Shown: positions 39,588-48,105, counted from the first letter of the stretch. The stretch: 64,000 nt of DNA from a virus (IMGVR_UViG_3300006802_000076:30498-94497), one strand, 5' to 3'. A program made the numbers and translations. Notes: generated by a model from the letters alone, not told the origin.

Positions 39588-40654
39588 TGTTTGAAGTTGC
39601 ATGGATTGATGATTATGATGAAAGCAGAAATACTTCTGGATATTCTTATGCATCTCGAAAAATTATAGCTGAGCTTAAAAAGACCAATTTGCATATTCAC
39701 ACTCATGAAGATTATTTTCAGCAAGTCAGCACTTTGAATTTACCTCCAGGTATTGGTCATTTTAAGAGTTTTGATATTGATCATGCCGATCTTGTTGTGA
39801 ACAACAAGCTCCCTGGTCATGGTCGTGTTACGACTAATTCCGAGATTCCGATGGTTTCTTTTTGTTACTGGGAGACTACAATGTTGCCCAGGGATTTTGT
39901 TAGGAATTTGAATCATTCTGATGAGGTTTGGACGACATCGAAATGGGCCAGGGATGTTTTTATTGATTCTGGTGTCGATGTTCCTGTTGTCGATTTTAAT
40001 TTGGGGGTCGATACAGAGGTTTACAATATTCAACAGGATGCTCCTAATACTGATTTTGTGTTCTTGTCTATTGGTGCTCCTTCGACTCGTAAGAACAGTC
40101 AAATGGTTGTTGATGCGTTTCTGAAAATTTTTGGAGGTAAGAGTGGGTATAAGTTGGTTGTTAAAAGTTCTGGATCGCCGGATTGTAGACTTATTTATGA
40201 TGGGCATAATCATGGTTTTGTCGGCAATCATCCTCAAATTGATGTTGTGGATTACCAGCTAAGTGAAGAAGATCTTTCTGCTTTATACGATAGCGCTCAT
40301 TGCGTTGTGTATCCGACTAGTGGTGAGGGATGGGGAATGATGCCTTTTCAATCTATTGCTAAAGGTGTGCCCACAATTTGTACAAATGCGACTGCTTGTA
40401 CAGAGTTTGCATCTCTGTCTGTTCCTCTTGATTTCACTTGGGGTACTGATAATATGAGTGGTATATACAATGGTGCTGGGGAGTGGGCTGTACCAGATTT
40501 CGATGATTTATGTGATAAAATGTTATATGTTGCTAACAATCATCAAGAAGTAAAGGATTTTACTATGCTTGGAGCTTGGTTGATTAGAAACAATTATAAA
40601 TGGTCTGACGTTTCTATTGACTATTATAATGCAATTATTGATTTGGTGGTCTAA
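39587..40654 (+). CDS. Glycosyltransferase (GT4/GT-B)
   Basis: 'SGYS', 'WETT', 'RKN', 'YPTSGEGWGMMPFQSIAKGVP'. Confidence 0.88.
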   Translation: MFEVAWIDDYDESRNTSGYSYASRKIIAELKKTNLHIHTHEDYFQQVSTLNLPPGIGHFKSFDIDHADLVVNNKLPGHGRVTTNSEIPMVSFCYWETTMLPRDFVRNLNHSDEVWTTSKWARDVFIDSGVDVPVVDFNLGVDTEVYNIQQDAPNTDFVFLSIGAPSTRKNSQMVVDAFLKIFGGKSGYKLVVKSSGSPDCRLIYDGHNHGFVGNHPQIDVVDYQLSEEDLSALYDSAHCVVYPTSGEGWGMMPFQSIAKGVPTICTNATACTEFASLSVPLDFTWGTDNMSGIYNGAGEWAVPDFDDLCDKMLYVANNHQEVKDFTMLGAWLIRNNYKWSDVSIDYYNAIIDLVV

Positions 40655-41259
40655 TGAGTGAACTTGAGAAAGCTCAGCAAAAAACTATTGTTGACAAGAT
40701 TCGTGACATTGAAGAGGCTGGTCTACTTCATGTTAAGGGTTATAAGAATTCAGAAATAGCTGGTTTGCTTGGTATTAGTGTTGCTGATGTTAAGAAGAAC
40801 ATTGAAGAGTACAAGAATGTCATTCGGCAGCAGGCTGAAGACGATCCTTATTTTCTTGAACGTGTCCAGTACAATACTATTAAGGCATTAACTGAGTTTG
40901 ATGAGCTTTCTAAGGAGGCTTGGGAGACTATTTCAATCGCTACCGATCATGGCATGGTTTCTGCCCGCATCCAGGCGATTAAGCTTGCTGGTGAGTTGGC
41001 TAAAGGCAAAGCTCAGCTTCATAAGTTGATGGGTAATCAAACTTCTGATAGCGACTACATCGCGCGAATGCAGAAGGCTGAGTCTGTTAATAATATTCTT
41101 TCAAGGGTGTTGAGGGATGTTATTGCTAAGTATCCTGAGATTGCTGATGCTGTTCGTAAAGAGTTGGCAATTGCTTTTGAAATTGATGAAGAAGAAGCGC
41201 CGATTGATGTCGATATTGTTGATTTTTCATCAGAAGAGAATGAAGATTTTCCCAAGTAA
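40654..41259 (+). CDS. Putative terminase small subunit
   Basis: N-terminal HTH and helical body directly upstream of terL. Confidence 0.6.
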   Translation: MSELEKAQQKTIVDKIRDIEEAGLLHVKGYKNSEIAGLLGISVADVKKNIEEYKNVIRQQAEDDPYFLERVQYNTIKALTEFDELSKEAWETISIATDHGMVSARIQAIKLAGELAKGKAQLHKLMGNQTSDSDYIARMQKAESVNNILSRVLRDVIAKYPEIADAVRKELAIAFEIDEEEAPIDVDIVDFSSEENEDFPK

Positions 41260-41387
41260 TGTTTGGGAGAAGAGAATGCACTTTTCGCGGTTAATGTTTC
41301 TATAGCGAGTGAGGTTGACGAGTTGTTACGCTGTTTATTCTATGAGAAGAGAATGGGTTTGGGCCTGTTATATGTCGGGGGTGGCGC

Positions 41388-43121
41388 ATGAGTGATTTCA
41401 TGGGAATGAATCTTGAATTCAATGACTTTGATAGGCTTTTGAGACAAGATGAGTTATCTGAAGAGGTAGTGCCTATTCAAACCTTTGTCCAAGATCGAAA
41501 ATTTTTAGGACTACCCCCCTTATCTGAAATTCAATTAGAAGTGGTACGTCATAGTACACAGATTCTTAAGAAGCCGACTTTGCAAAAGTTTATGGGCGAA
41601 CAGGAGGGGTCTGACTGGTATGACAAGTATACTGACAATGAGGTAATTTGTATGCTTGGGAAGGGCAGTGGCAAAGATCACTGCTCAAGAATCTCTATTG
41701 CTTATAATGCTTATCAGTTGCATTGTTTGCGTGATCCGTTGGGTTACTACGGCAAAGCTAACGGTGTGTATATTGACCTTCTTAATCTTGCTGTGAATGC
41801 CCAGCAGGCTCAAAGAGTTTTCTTTGAGCCTCTTAAGAACTTGCTGCTGTCTTCTCCTTGGTTCAACGAGGTTGGGTTTGAGCCTAGGGTTTCTGAGATA
41901 TTCTTTTTCTCAAGACCTGTTAGATGTTTCTCTGGCCACTCTGAAAGTGAAGGTTGGGAGGGTTATGAAGTTCTAACAATCGTTCTAGACGAGATTGCAG
42001 CTTTTAAGACTGATGCTGAACTGAAAGGCGAAGTTCGCTCAAAGGGTTCTGCTTCTGCCATTTATAACATGAGTAAGCTATCTGTCATGTCTCGCTTCCC
42101 TGAAGTGGGCAAAGTTATTCTTCTGTCTTTTCCTCGTTACAAGGGTGACTTCATTCAGCAAAGATATATGTCTTCCAGGGAAAAGAATGAGCCTAAGACT
42201 TGGTCAATCAAAGCTGCTACTTGGGAAGTTAATCCGACTATTAATCGCGAGGATCTAGAGTCGGAATATATCAGAAACCCTATTGAGGCGCGTGCTAGGT
42301 TTGAGTGTGAACCACCAAATATGGAAGACGCATATTTTAGAAACCCTGATCTTGTTAGAGAGGCCTTTCATTATCATGAAGATCCTCTTGATCCTGAAGG
42401 TCGGTTTAAGCCTTGGTTTAATAGCACAGATGGTCATTCTAGGTATATCCATGTTGACCTTGGATTGAAGCGTGACCGTGCTGCTTTGGCTATGAGTCAC
42501 TGTTCTGGATTCACGGAAATCAAAACTTCTATGGGCGTGGAGAAGTTGCCCGTTTTAAATGTTGACTTTGTTCATTCATGGGAAGCAGGACCTGGAGAAG
42601 AAATTAATTTCTCCTCCGTCAGAATGATGATTGTTGATTTGTGCAGAAAGTTTGATGTTCGCAAAGTTACTTTTGACCGCTGGCAATCTGTAGAGATGGT
42701 TCAATCTTTAAGGTCGCAAGGTGTATACGCTGACTTTCATAGTGTCAAGAAGTCTGATTATGATACCTTGATGACTTCTATTTATGATAGAAGGTTGCGC
42801 GGTTATTGGAATGAGCTTCTTGTTGAGGAAGAACTTCTTAAGTTAAGGCTGTTTAGCAATAATAAGATTGATCACCCAAGTACCGGTACAAAAGACCTTG
42901 CTGACGCTGTTGCCGGGTCGGTTTTCAATACTGCACAAAATATGGTGTCAGAAGAAGAAATCGATATTGAGGTGTGGTATCCTGATGAAGTTGATGATGA
43001 CGACATGCCGAATTTTGGTAGTGTCGAAATTTTCAATTCGAATACTGGAGAATTTTCTCCAGGGTTTTCGAAAAAAACTTATAATGCAGAAGAATTTTCA
43101 AATTTTATTGAGGAGTTGTAA
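41388..43121 (+). CDS. terL: Terminase large subunit
   Basis: LGKGSGKD Walker A, 'VLDE', 'LLSFPR', nuclease 'HVDL', 'TFDRW', 'DHP..GTKDLADA'. Confidence 0.92.
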   Translation: MSDFMGMNLEFNDFDRLLRQDELSEEVVPIQTFVQDRKFLGLPPLSEIQLEVVRHSTQILKKPTLQKFMGEQEGSDWYDKYTDNEVICMLGKGSGKDHCSRISIAYNAYQLHCLRDPLGYYGKANGVYIDLLNLAVNAQQAQRVFFEPLKNLLLSSPWFNEVGFEPRVSEIFFFSRPVRCFSGHSESEGWEGYEVLTIVLDEIAAFKTDAELKGEVRSKGSASAIYNMSKLSVMSRFPEVGKVILLSFPRYKGDFIQQRYMSSREKNEPKTWSIKAATWEVNPTINREDLESEYIRNPIEARARFECEPPNMEDAYFRNPDLVREAFHYHEDPLDPEGRFKPWFNSTDGHSRYIHVDLGLKRDRAALAMSHCSGFTEIKTSMGVEKLPVLNVDFVHSWEAGPGEEINFSSVRMMIVDLCRKFDVRKVTFDRWQSVEMVQSLRSQGVYADFHSVKKSDYDTLMTSIYDRRLRGYWNELLVEEELLKLRLFSNNKIDHPSTGTKDLADAVAGSVFNTAQNMVSEEEIDIEVWYPDEVDDDDMPNFGSVEIFNSNTGEFSPGFSKKTYNAEEFSNFIEEL

Positions 43122-43294
43122 TGAATGAACAAGTAGATATCCAATTGGTTATTAGGAATCTGTCGTCTAAGATCGCTGACATCTCTGCTGAGAATGCTAT
43201 CCTATTGGCGAGGATTGAGACGCTGCAAGCGGCCTTGTCTGGGGCGGCTGAAAGCGGCAAGGCGTTTTCGCCTGAGCCTGAAGCTGATTTCTGA
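43121..43294 (+). CDS. Small coiled-coil protein (57 aa)
   Basis: GAGGAG SD, TAATG coupling to terL. Confidence 0.55.
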   Translation: MNEQVDIQLVIRNLSSKIADISAENAILLARIETLQAALSGAAESGKAFSPEPEADF

Positions 43295-43470
43295 TACAGA
43301 ATAGGCCTCTCTAGCGCGCATTAAAATTCGGAGGGTATTCAAAGCGTCCCGGGTGGTGTAAATACAAATCTTGTACAAAGTTAGGACATGCGCATTCGTG
43401 GTGAGGCTGGCCTGCTAGGGTTGTCTTTGCCGGTGGGGAGCGGTTCCCCAACCATAAAAAAAGAAAGAAA

Positions 43471-43863
43471 ATGCAAATGTCAAACATCAATATCAAGCCA
43501 GTTGACTCTTTTCCTACCATTACTCGTAGCCGTGCATCTGCTGAGTTGCAGCAAATCATTGACAGTCTGGTTATGTCTGCGAATACTGGTCAGATTTTCT
43601 CAATTGAGAATATTGAGGCTGGCAACGCTTACAACTCAATGCAGCAGCGTATTCGTACTCAGGCTAAGAAGCATAACCTGAAGGTTATGATTTCGTTTGA
43701 CAAGTCAAACAACACGCTTTACTACAAGGCTTCTTCTGCTTTCAAGGAAAAGGTTCCTGTTCAAGCTGTTGAGTTTGATGATGTTGAGCTTGATGATGTC
43801 GAAATCTCGCCTGCTGATGACATGGTAGAGAAGAAGACAACTCGCTCTCGCTCTTCGAAGTGA
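43471..43863 (+). CDS. Putative DNA-binding protein, highly expressed
   Basis: Own promoter-like TGCTAGGGT and leader hairpin, own terminator; basic C-terminus. Confidence 0.55.
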   Translation: MQMSNINIKPVDSFPTITRSRASAELQQIIDSLVMSANTGQIFSIENIEAGNAYNSMQQRIRTQAKKHNLKVMISFDKSNNTLYYKASSAFKEKVPVQAVEFDDVELDDVEISPADDMVEKKTTRSRSSK

Positions 43864-43882
43864 AATAATAAAAACACAAAAG

Positions 43883-43918
43883 AAAAAGGGGGTGTGATCT
43901 AATCACACCCCCTTTTTC
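43883..43918 (+). terminator. Bidirectional intrinsic terminator
   Basis: AAAAGGGGGTGTGAT-CTA-ATCACACCCCCTTTT. Confidence 0.8.
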
Positions 43919-43934
43919 GTGTATAATAACCCCT

Positions 43935-44753
43935 ATGCTAGAAAAGTCTGAACAAGAAATTGAAATCACATCCGATATGATCAATTCATGGCGTCCAATG
44001 TTTTGTGTGCCTTGTTACGATCAACAAGTTACTGAGCCTTTTATGATGTCAATGCTTCAAACAGCTTTGGCTTTCAAGGACATCGGTATAGATTTTTCAA
44101 TCTCGTCTTCTAGCGATTCCCTTATCACAAGGGGTCGCAATACTCTTGTTGCTAAGTTTCTTGCTAATCCCCAGTTTACGCATATGATGTTTATTGATGC
44201 CGACATTCGATGGGATTACAATGACATCTTGAAGATGTTATGGCATGATAAAGATATCATTACAGGTTCGTATCCTATCAAGAATATCAACTGGGAGATG
44301 GTGCAGCATCTTGTAAAGAATGGTACTCATGTTAATGAGTTACTGCCTAAGTCTCTTCGACATGTTGTGAATCCTGTTGATGGTAAGTCTGGGAATATCA
44401 CGATTGAAAATGGTATCTTTAGAGTCCGTGATGCTGGAACTGGTTTTATGCTTATTAAGCGTGAAGCTTTATTAAAGCTTATTGAGGCTATGCCTGAGTT
44501 GAAGTACAATGATGATACTGGCGCTCTTACTGAAGAGGAGCGCAAGTGGACTTATCATTTCTTTTCTGACTATGTTTACAATGAAAGGTTGCTGTCTGAA
44601 GACTATGGTTTCTGCCGTTACTGGCAGGAAATCGGTGGGGATATTTGGGTTGATCCTGCCATTGAGCTTATGCATATCGGTCGAATGCGATTCACTGGGT
44701 CTTTGATTGATTATATTGGAAACTTTGCTAAAAACCCAATTGAATCAGAATAA
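43935..44753 (+). CDS. Glycosyltransferase (GT-A fold)
   Basis: 'SLITRGRN', 'FIDAD' DxD, 'GTGFMLI', 'LSEDYGFC', 'H.G'. Confidence 0.85.
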   Translation: MLEKSEQEIEITSDMINSWRPMFCVPCYDQQVTEPFMMSMLQTALAFKDIGIDFSISSSSDSLITRGRNTLVAKFLANPQFTHMMFIDADIRWDYNDILKMLWHDKDIITGSYPIKNINWEMVQHLVKNGTHVNELLPKSLRHVVNPVDGKSGNITIENGIFRVRDAGTGFMLIKREALLKLIEAMPELKYNDDTGALTEEERKWTYHFFSDYVYNERLLSEDYGFCRYWQEIGGDIWVDPAIELMHIGRMRFTGSLIDYIGNFAKNPIESE

Positions 44754-44989
44754 TCTATCAGAAGAGAATCACGCACTAAACTGTGTGATTATACGGGCCG
44801 TAATGTGGCTGTAGTTCAATATAAAAGTTCAGGATGTTTTCCGAGAAAACTTTGTCGGGTTTTGCTTTGCTGTTTGGGGATAAGTTTGCGATTAGGCATA
44901 TACTAAATTTTCTGCAATGTTTATCCAAACCGAGTCCCGCAAAAAGTTTATTCAAAGTCTTTGATGCTGATTGATTGATTGATCTGGCT

Positions 44990-45040
44990 GGCATTCGAAC
45001 ATGACAATGGCGCTGTTTGCGGTTGTCATGTTCGAATGCC
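44990..45040. repeat. Perfect 18-bp inverted repeat
   Basis: GGCATTCGAACATGACAA (44990-45007) / TTGTCATGTTCGAATGCC (45023-45040). Confidence 0.95.
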
Positions 45041-45075
45041 TTTGCCGTTCTCAGGCCGGGTTTCCAGGCGCAAGC

Positions 45076-45126
45076 GCAGCGGGTTAGGCAGCGGGTTAGG
45101 CAGCGGGTTAGGCAGCGGGTTAGGCA
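45076..45126 (+). repeat. Tandem repeat (GCAGCGGGTTAG)x4
   Basis: Four exact 12-mers plus GCA. Confidence 0.97.
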
Positions 45127-45153
45127 AGAATATAGAAAAGTTTGTTGTCTTCC

Positions 45154-45183
45154 TTGCTTTGTCCAGTCAGCGGATATTAGGAT
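45154..45183 (+). promoter_or_regulatory. Housekeeping-sigma promoter for the small-gene region
   Basis: TTGCTT-18 nt-TAGGAT upstream of first gene with GAAAGG SD. Confidence 0.55.
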
Positions 45184-45259
45184 GGGAGGCGAAGCCTCCC
45201 ATTTTCTTTGATTTCGCAGCGCAAATACCAAATCACTTCCCAACCGAAAGGCAACGGCA

Positions 45260-45631
45260 ATGTATTTCGTTTCCGACAAGCAAATCCAAAAGATCAAAGA
45301 TACGATTATTGGTGTCAATATCGTTCTTGGTGACATGGATTTTGGCAATGTTGTTGACATCGAGTCTGAGATTGTAGATAGCAATACTTCGCTATTTGCT
45401 ATTACTGATACTGGTCATTGTTTCAATGCTTTCGAGGTTTACCAACTTTATCGTAGCGTTTATGACAAAGTCGCTGACAAAGTGTATCCCGAAGGCTCTG
45501 CCTATTCGCATTGGAATGTCGGTCCAAAGTCTGGTGGCTGGAATGGTGGTGGTGCTATCAATGCTGCTAACATTCCTACTAATGCTCGTATCGGTAATGA
45601 GACTGTCAACATTTCTCGTAAGCCTGGATGA
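45260..45631 (+). CDS. Hypothetical protein
   Basis: GAAAGG SD, first ORF of small-gene array. Confidence 0.7.
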   Translation: MYFVSDKQIQKIKDTIIGVNIVLGDMDFGNVVDIESEIVDSNTSLFAITDTGHCFNAFEVYQLYRSVYDKVADKVYPEGSAYSHWNVGPKSGGWNGGGAINAANIPTNARIGNETVNISRKPG

Positions 45632-45643
45632 AAGGAAATACCA

Positions 45644-45955
45644 ATGAGTGACGCAAACCGCAAAGTTGTTCGTCTTGACTCTCTGAATGTCAAGTCACGT
45701 GGGCGTGGCAAAGGAACTAAGAAACTTCCTGAGTGGGTTCCGTTTCTGAGTTGGCATCGCCCATTCCCTACTGAAGCAATGGAGCATCGTGATTATACTT
45801 GGAAAGAGGAAGATCTTGATGCTGTGATTGCTAGTCGTCAGGCTGCTTTGGCAAAGCAACACGAAAAGGCTGACAAAATCGTCAAGATTCTGAATGACCG
45901 CAAGGTCTTTGTTCAGACAGTAAAGGAAACTAAGGAAGTGAGGATCAAGCTGTGA
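45644..45955 (+). CDS. Hypothetical protein
   Basis: GAAAGGA SD. Confidence 0.7.
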   Translation: MSDANRKVVRLDSLNVKSRGRGKGTKKLPEWVPFLSWHRPFPTEAMEHRDYTWKEEDLDAVIASRQAALAKQHEKADKIVKILNDRKVFVQTVKETKEVRIKL

Positions 45956-46191
45956 GTGATAAAGTGTTTGCAACTGACAAAGAGGAAGAGTTCTTTTTGA
46001 ACTATGTTGATACTCTGGCTGTTGTTCATCGTTTGCGTCGTGGTTTGTCTGAAGATTTGAATCTGCTGAAAGATGCGCTTCACGCTATCCGTCATGATCG
46101 GCTTGAGGTCGCTGATGAGTTTGTTGATCGGGTTATTGCTTCGATCAGGTATTCGTTGAATGATACTGCTTACGATCCGAAAGGTAAATAA
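45952..46191 (+). CDS. Hypothetical protein
   Basis: GTGA coupling. Confidence 0.65.
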   Translation: MSDKVFATDKEEEFFLNYVDTLAVVHRLRRGLSEDLNLLKDALHAIRHDRLEVADEFVDRVIASIRYSLNDTAYDPKGK

Positions 46192-46192
46192 T

Positions 46193-46477
46193 ATGTACGT
46201 TGTTGACAATCTTCGTGAAAGCAATCCTCTGTTTGAGGAATATCAGATGCTTTTGGAAAAGCATGATGGTATGGATGTGACTATCCTGATGACTAAGCCT
46301 TGCTTTCATTGTGGTGATAGTGCATTGATTGCTGTTTCTGACAGTGATCTTGAAAGGTATAAGAATGGTGCTCTGATTCAGGAAGCGTTTCCTGAGATGA
46401 GTATTGTTGATCGTGAGATGCTAATTTCTGGTACTCATGAAGCATGTTGGAATAAAATTTATGGAGGTGATGAGTGA
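46193..46477 (+). CDS. Hypothetical protein (CxxC)
   Basis: 'LIQEAFP...REMLISGTH..CW' phage motif. Confidence 0.7.
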   Translation: MYVVDNLRESNPLFEEYQMLLEKHDGMDVTILMTKPCFHCGDSALIAVSDSDLERYKNGALIQEAFPEMSIVDREMLISGTHEACWNKIYGGDE

Positions 46478-46782
46478 TGCTTCAATTCAGAGAATTGAAT
46501 GAGAAGTTCCAGGATCGGGTGAAAAATGATTACCTGATTCATGGTGTGAAGCTGACTGAGTTCTACAAGTTCATTGAAAATGTCAGTTTCTTTGAGTATC
46601 CGCGGCTTGTGAAGTTCTTTGATTATCCGCGCCCTTTGGGAAATGATGATGGTATGGCTACTGTTGCTGTTCATGGCTTGTACAACGATGGTGAGAATGA
46701 GTATTGGTTCTTCGAAGGTGTGAAGGATCGTGTCAATGGTAAGTTCGGTTTGATGAATAAGGTGGATTTCTGTGATGAATGA
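46474..46782 (+). CDS. Hypothetical protein
   Basis: Coupled ORF. Confidence 0.65.
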   Translation: MMLQFRELNEKFQDRVKNDYLIHGVKLTEFYKFIENVSFFEYPRLVKFFDYPRPLGNDDGMATVAVHGLYNDGENEYWFFEGVKDRVNGKFGLMNKVDFCDE

Positions 46783-47095
46783 TTACTTGTATCTTGGCCC
46801 TGTGCCTTGTGATGAAGATTGCGCTCAGGTTGGTGATCCTGATTTCCGTAAGAATGCAATTCGTGAAGTGAATGCCTACATTGCTCAGTTGAAGCGTGAG
46901 TTCCCTGATTGGGAGCGTGATGGTGTTGATTTTCGTGTGAAGTGGGAAAATCATGATTTCGGTTCGTATTGCGAGGTGATTGTTTCGTTTGATGATTCTG
47001 ACGAAGCATCTACTGCTTACGCTTTTGAGATCGAAAACAATCTTCCTTACAATTGGGATGAGGAAGCGAGAAAGGAATTGAATCATGTCGGATGA
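46772..47095 (+). CDS. Conserved phage hypothetical protein
   Basis: 'LGPVPCDEDCAQVG...HDFGSY.EV'. Confidence 0.7.
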   Translation: MMNDYLYLGPVPCDEDCAQVGDPDFRKNAIREVNAYIAQLKREFPDWERDGVDFRVKWENHDFGSYCEVIVSFDDSDEASTAYAFEIENNLPYNWDEEARKELNHVG

Positions 47096-47282
47096 TGTGT
47101 ATTGGTACTTGTTGCGTGCTGATGTCAATGAGTGGGCCAAGGAAAATCGTCAAGATGATTTCTACTACGGTTCTCCGTATTCGTATTGGTCTGCAGCAAT
47201 GTATGCCGGTGTGATTACCCAAAGTGATTTGGATTTGGCTGAGAAGAGGCATGGTCGTTCTTGGCATTATCGGGGTGACTGA
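47085..47282 (+). CDS. Hypothetical protein
   Basis: Ends 'WHYRGD'. Confidence 0.65.
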   Translation: MSDDVYWYLLRADVNEWAKENRQDDFYYGSPYSYWSAAMYAGVITQSDLDLAEKRHGRSWHYRGD

Positions 47283-47290
47283 ATAACAAA

Positions 47291-47318
47291 ACTCCTGAGT
47301 ATGAGTATAAACTGCTCA
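47291..47318 (+). ncRNA. Compact H-type pseudoknot
   Basis: ACTC/GAGT and TGAGTA/TGCTCA with 1-, 1- and 6-nt loops. Confidence 0.5.
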
Positions 47319-47322
47319 TCCT

Positions 47323-47398
47323 ATATCTAATAGCATGGTGATTAGGGAGATCCTAATACCGGGCTAATATGCGACCTGCGTGAAACACTATTAGATAT
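47323..47398 (+). ncRNA. Structured RNA element (three-way junction) upstream of tRNA-Arg
   Basis: 11-bp closing stem ATATCTAATAG/CTATTAGATAT plus internal hairpins. Confidence 0.5.
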
Positions 47399-47405
47399 CG
47401 GTTAT

Positions 47406-47478
47406 GCCCTTATAGCTCAATGGATAGAGCAAATGACTTCTAATCATAAGGTTGCAGGTTCGAATCCTGCTAAGGGCG
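47406..47478 (+). tRNA. tRNA-Arg(TCT)
   Basis: GCCCTTA/TAAGGGC acceptor; ATGA-CTTCTAA-TCAT; GTTCGAATC. Confidence 0.93.
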
Positions 47479-47480
47479 CT

Positions 47481-47619
47481 AAGATAGGCTAGCGATATTA
47501 TCCTTTCATCGTGAAGGAAAACCTGTGCTGATAGAATTTATGGTTGGGTTCTTGATGCATCAAAAGCATAATCATGATCACGTCATATGCAAAGGTTTTC
47601 TGCCTATCTTTTTCTTTTT
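47481..47619 (+). ncRNA. About 130-nt rod-like structured RNA followed by U-tract
   Basis: Nested stems AAGATAGGC/GCCTATCTT, GGAAAACCTGTGC/GCAAAGGTTTTCT, TTATGGTTG/TAATCATGA, TTGA/TCAA. Confidence 0.55.
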
Positions 47620-47646
47620 GATACCAAGCATAGATTGGAGTTGACA

Positions 47647-47883
47647 ATGAGTGATGGTTTGAGCGCATATGATTTTTTGTCGTATGTGTCCAGTAGTTAT
47701 GATGGGGAAAGAAATCCTGAAGCATTCGGTAAGTATTTCTTTGAGTGTTTGGAGAAATGGAAGCCTCAGATTGCCAATGCGATTGCTGGCACTATTCTTG
47801 ATACTCGTCATAACTACAATGCTGACGTTATGATTGCTTTTCTTTACAAGGTTTGGGATCACGATTTCAATGGGGGTGAATGA
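47647..47883 (+). CDS. Hypothetical protein
   Basis: GGAG SD. Confidence 0.6.
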   Translation: MSDGLSAYDFLSYVSSSYDGERNPEAFGKYFFECLEKWKPQIANAIAGTILDTRHNYNADVMIAFLYKVWDHDFNGGE

Positions 47884-48104
47884 TGGCTGTTTGTGTTTAT
47901 TGTCAGGAAGATTATTCTGACGAGCGAGCAGAGTTGGGTTACGATTACTGTTTGTCAGAACCTTGCCAAAAGATTGGTTTGGATAAGTGGGAGCGGGAGT
48001 TCAGGAAAGTTTGGACTCCTGCTTTGTTGCATAAGTGCAACTATTTCTGGATTAAAAAGTCGGAATTGAAAAGCGTGAACGTTCGCGCAGATTTGGAGAG
48101 TTGA
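47880..48104 (+). CDS. Zn-finger hypothetical protein
   Basis: CVYC...ER..LGY..C....C. Confidence 0.65.
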   Translation: MMAVCVYCQEDYSDERAELGYDYCLSEPCQKIGLDKWEREFRKVWTPALLHKCNYFWIKKSELKSVNVRADLES

Positions 48105-48105
48105 T

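Noticed and set aside
25948-43121. Inteins or introns in dnaB, dnaE, recA, terL
   Set aside because: All are of ordinary length with contiguous motifs; no splice-junction signatures seen
45076-45126. 12-mer array as CRISPR or telomere
   Set aside because: No spacers; the GGGTTAG resemblance is only 7 nt within a 12-nt unit
44776-45384. ORFs crossing the control region (44776-45384 minus, 44979-45377, 45017-45211)
   Set aside because: Translations just echo the DNA repeat (LTRC, GSGL, QRVR); no SD; overlap the real gene at 45260
47323-47398. Canonical hammerhead, HDV-like ribozyme or c-di-GMP-II riboswitch
   Set aside because: Only fragments (GAAAC, GGCTAA, GCGACCTGC) match; conserved cores and topology are incomplete, so kept as an unknown structure
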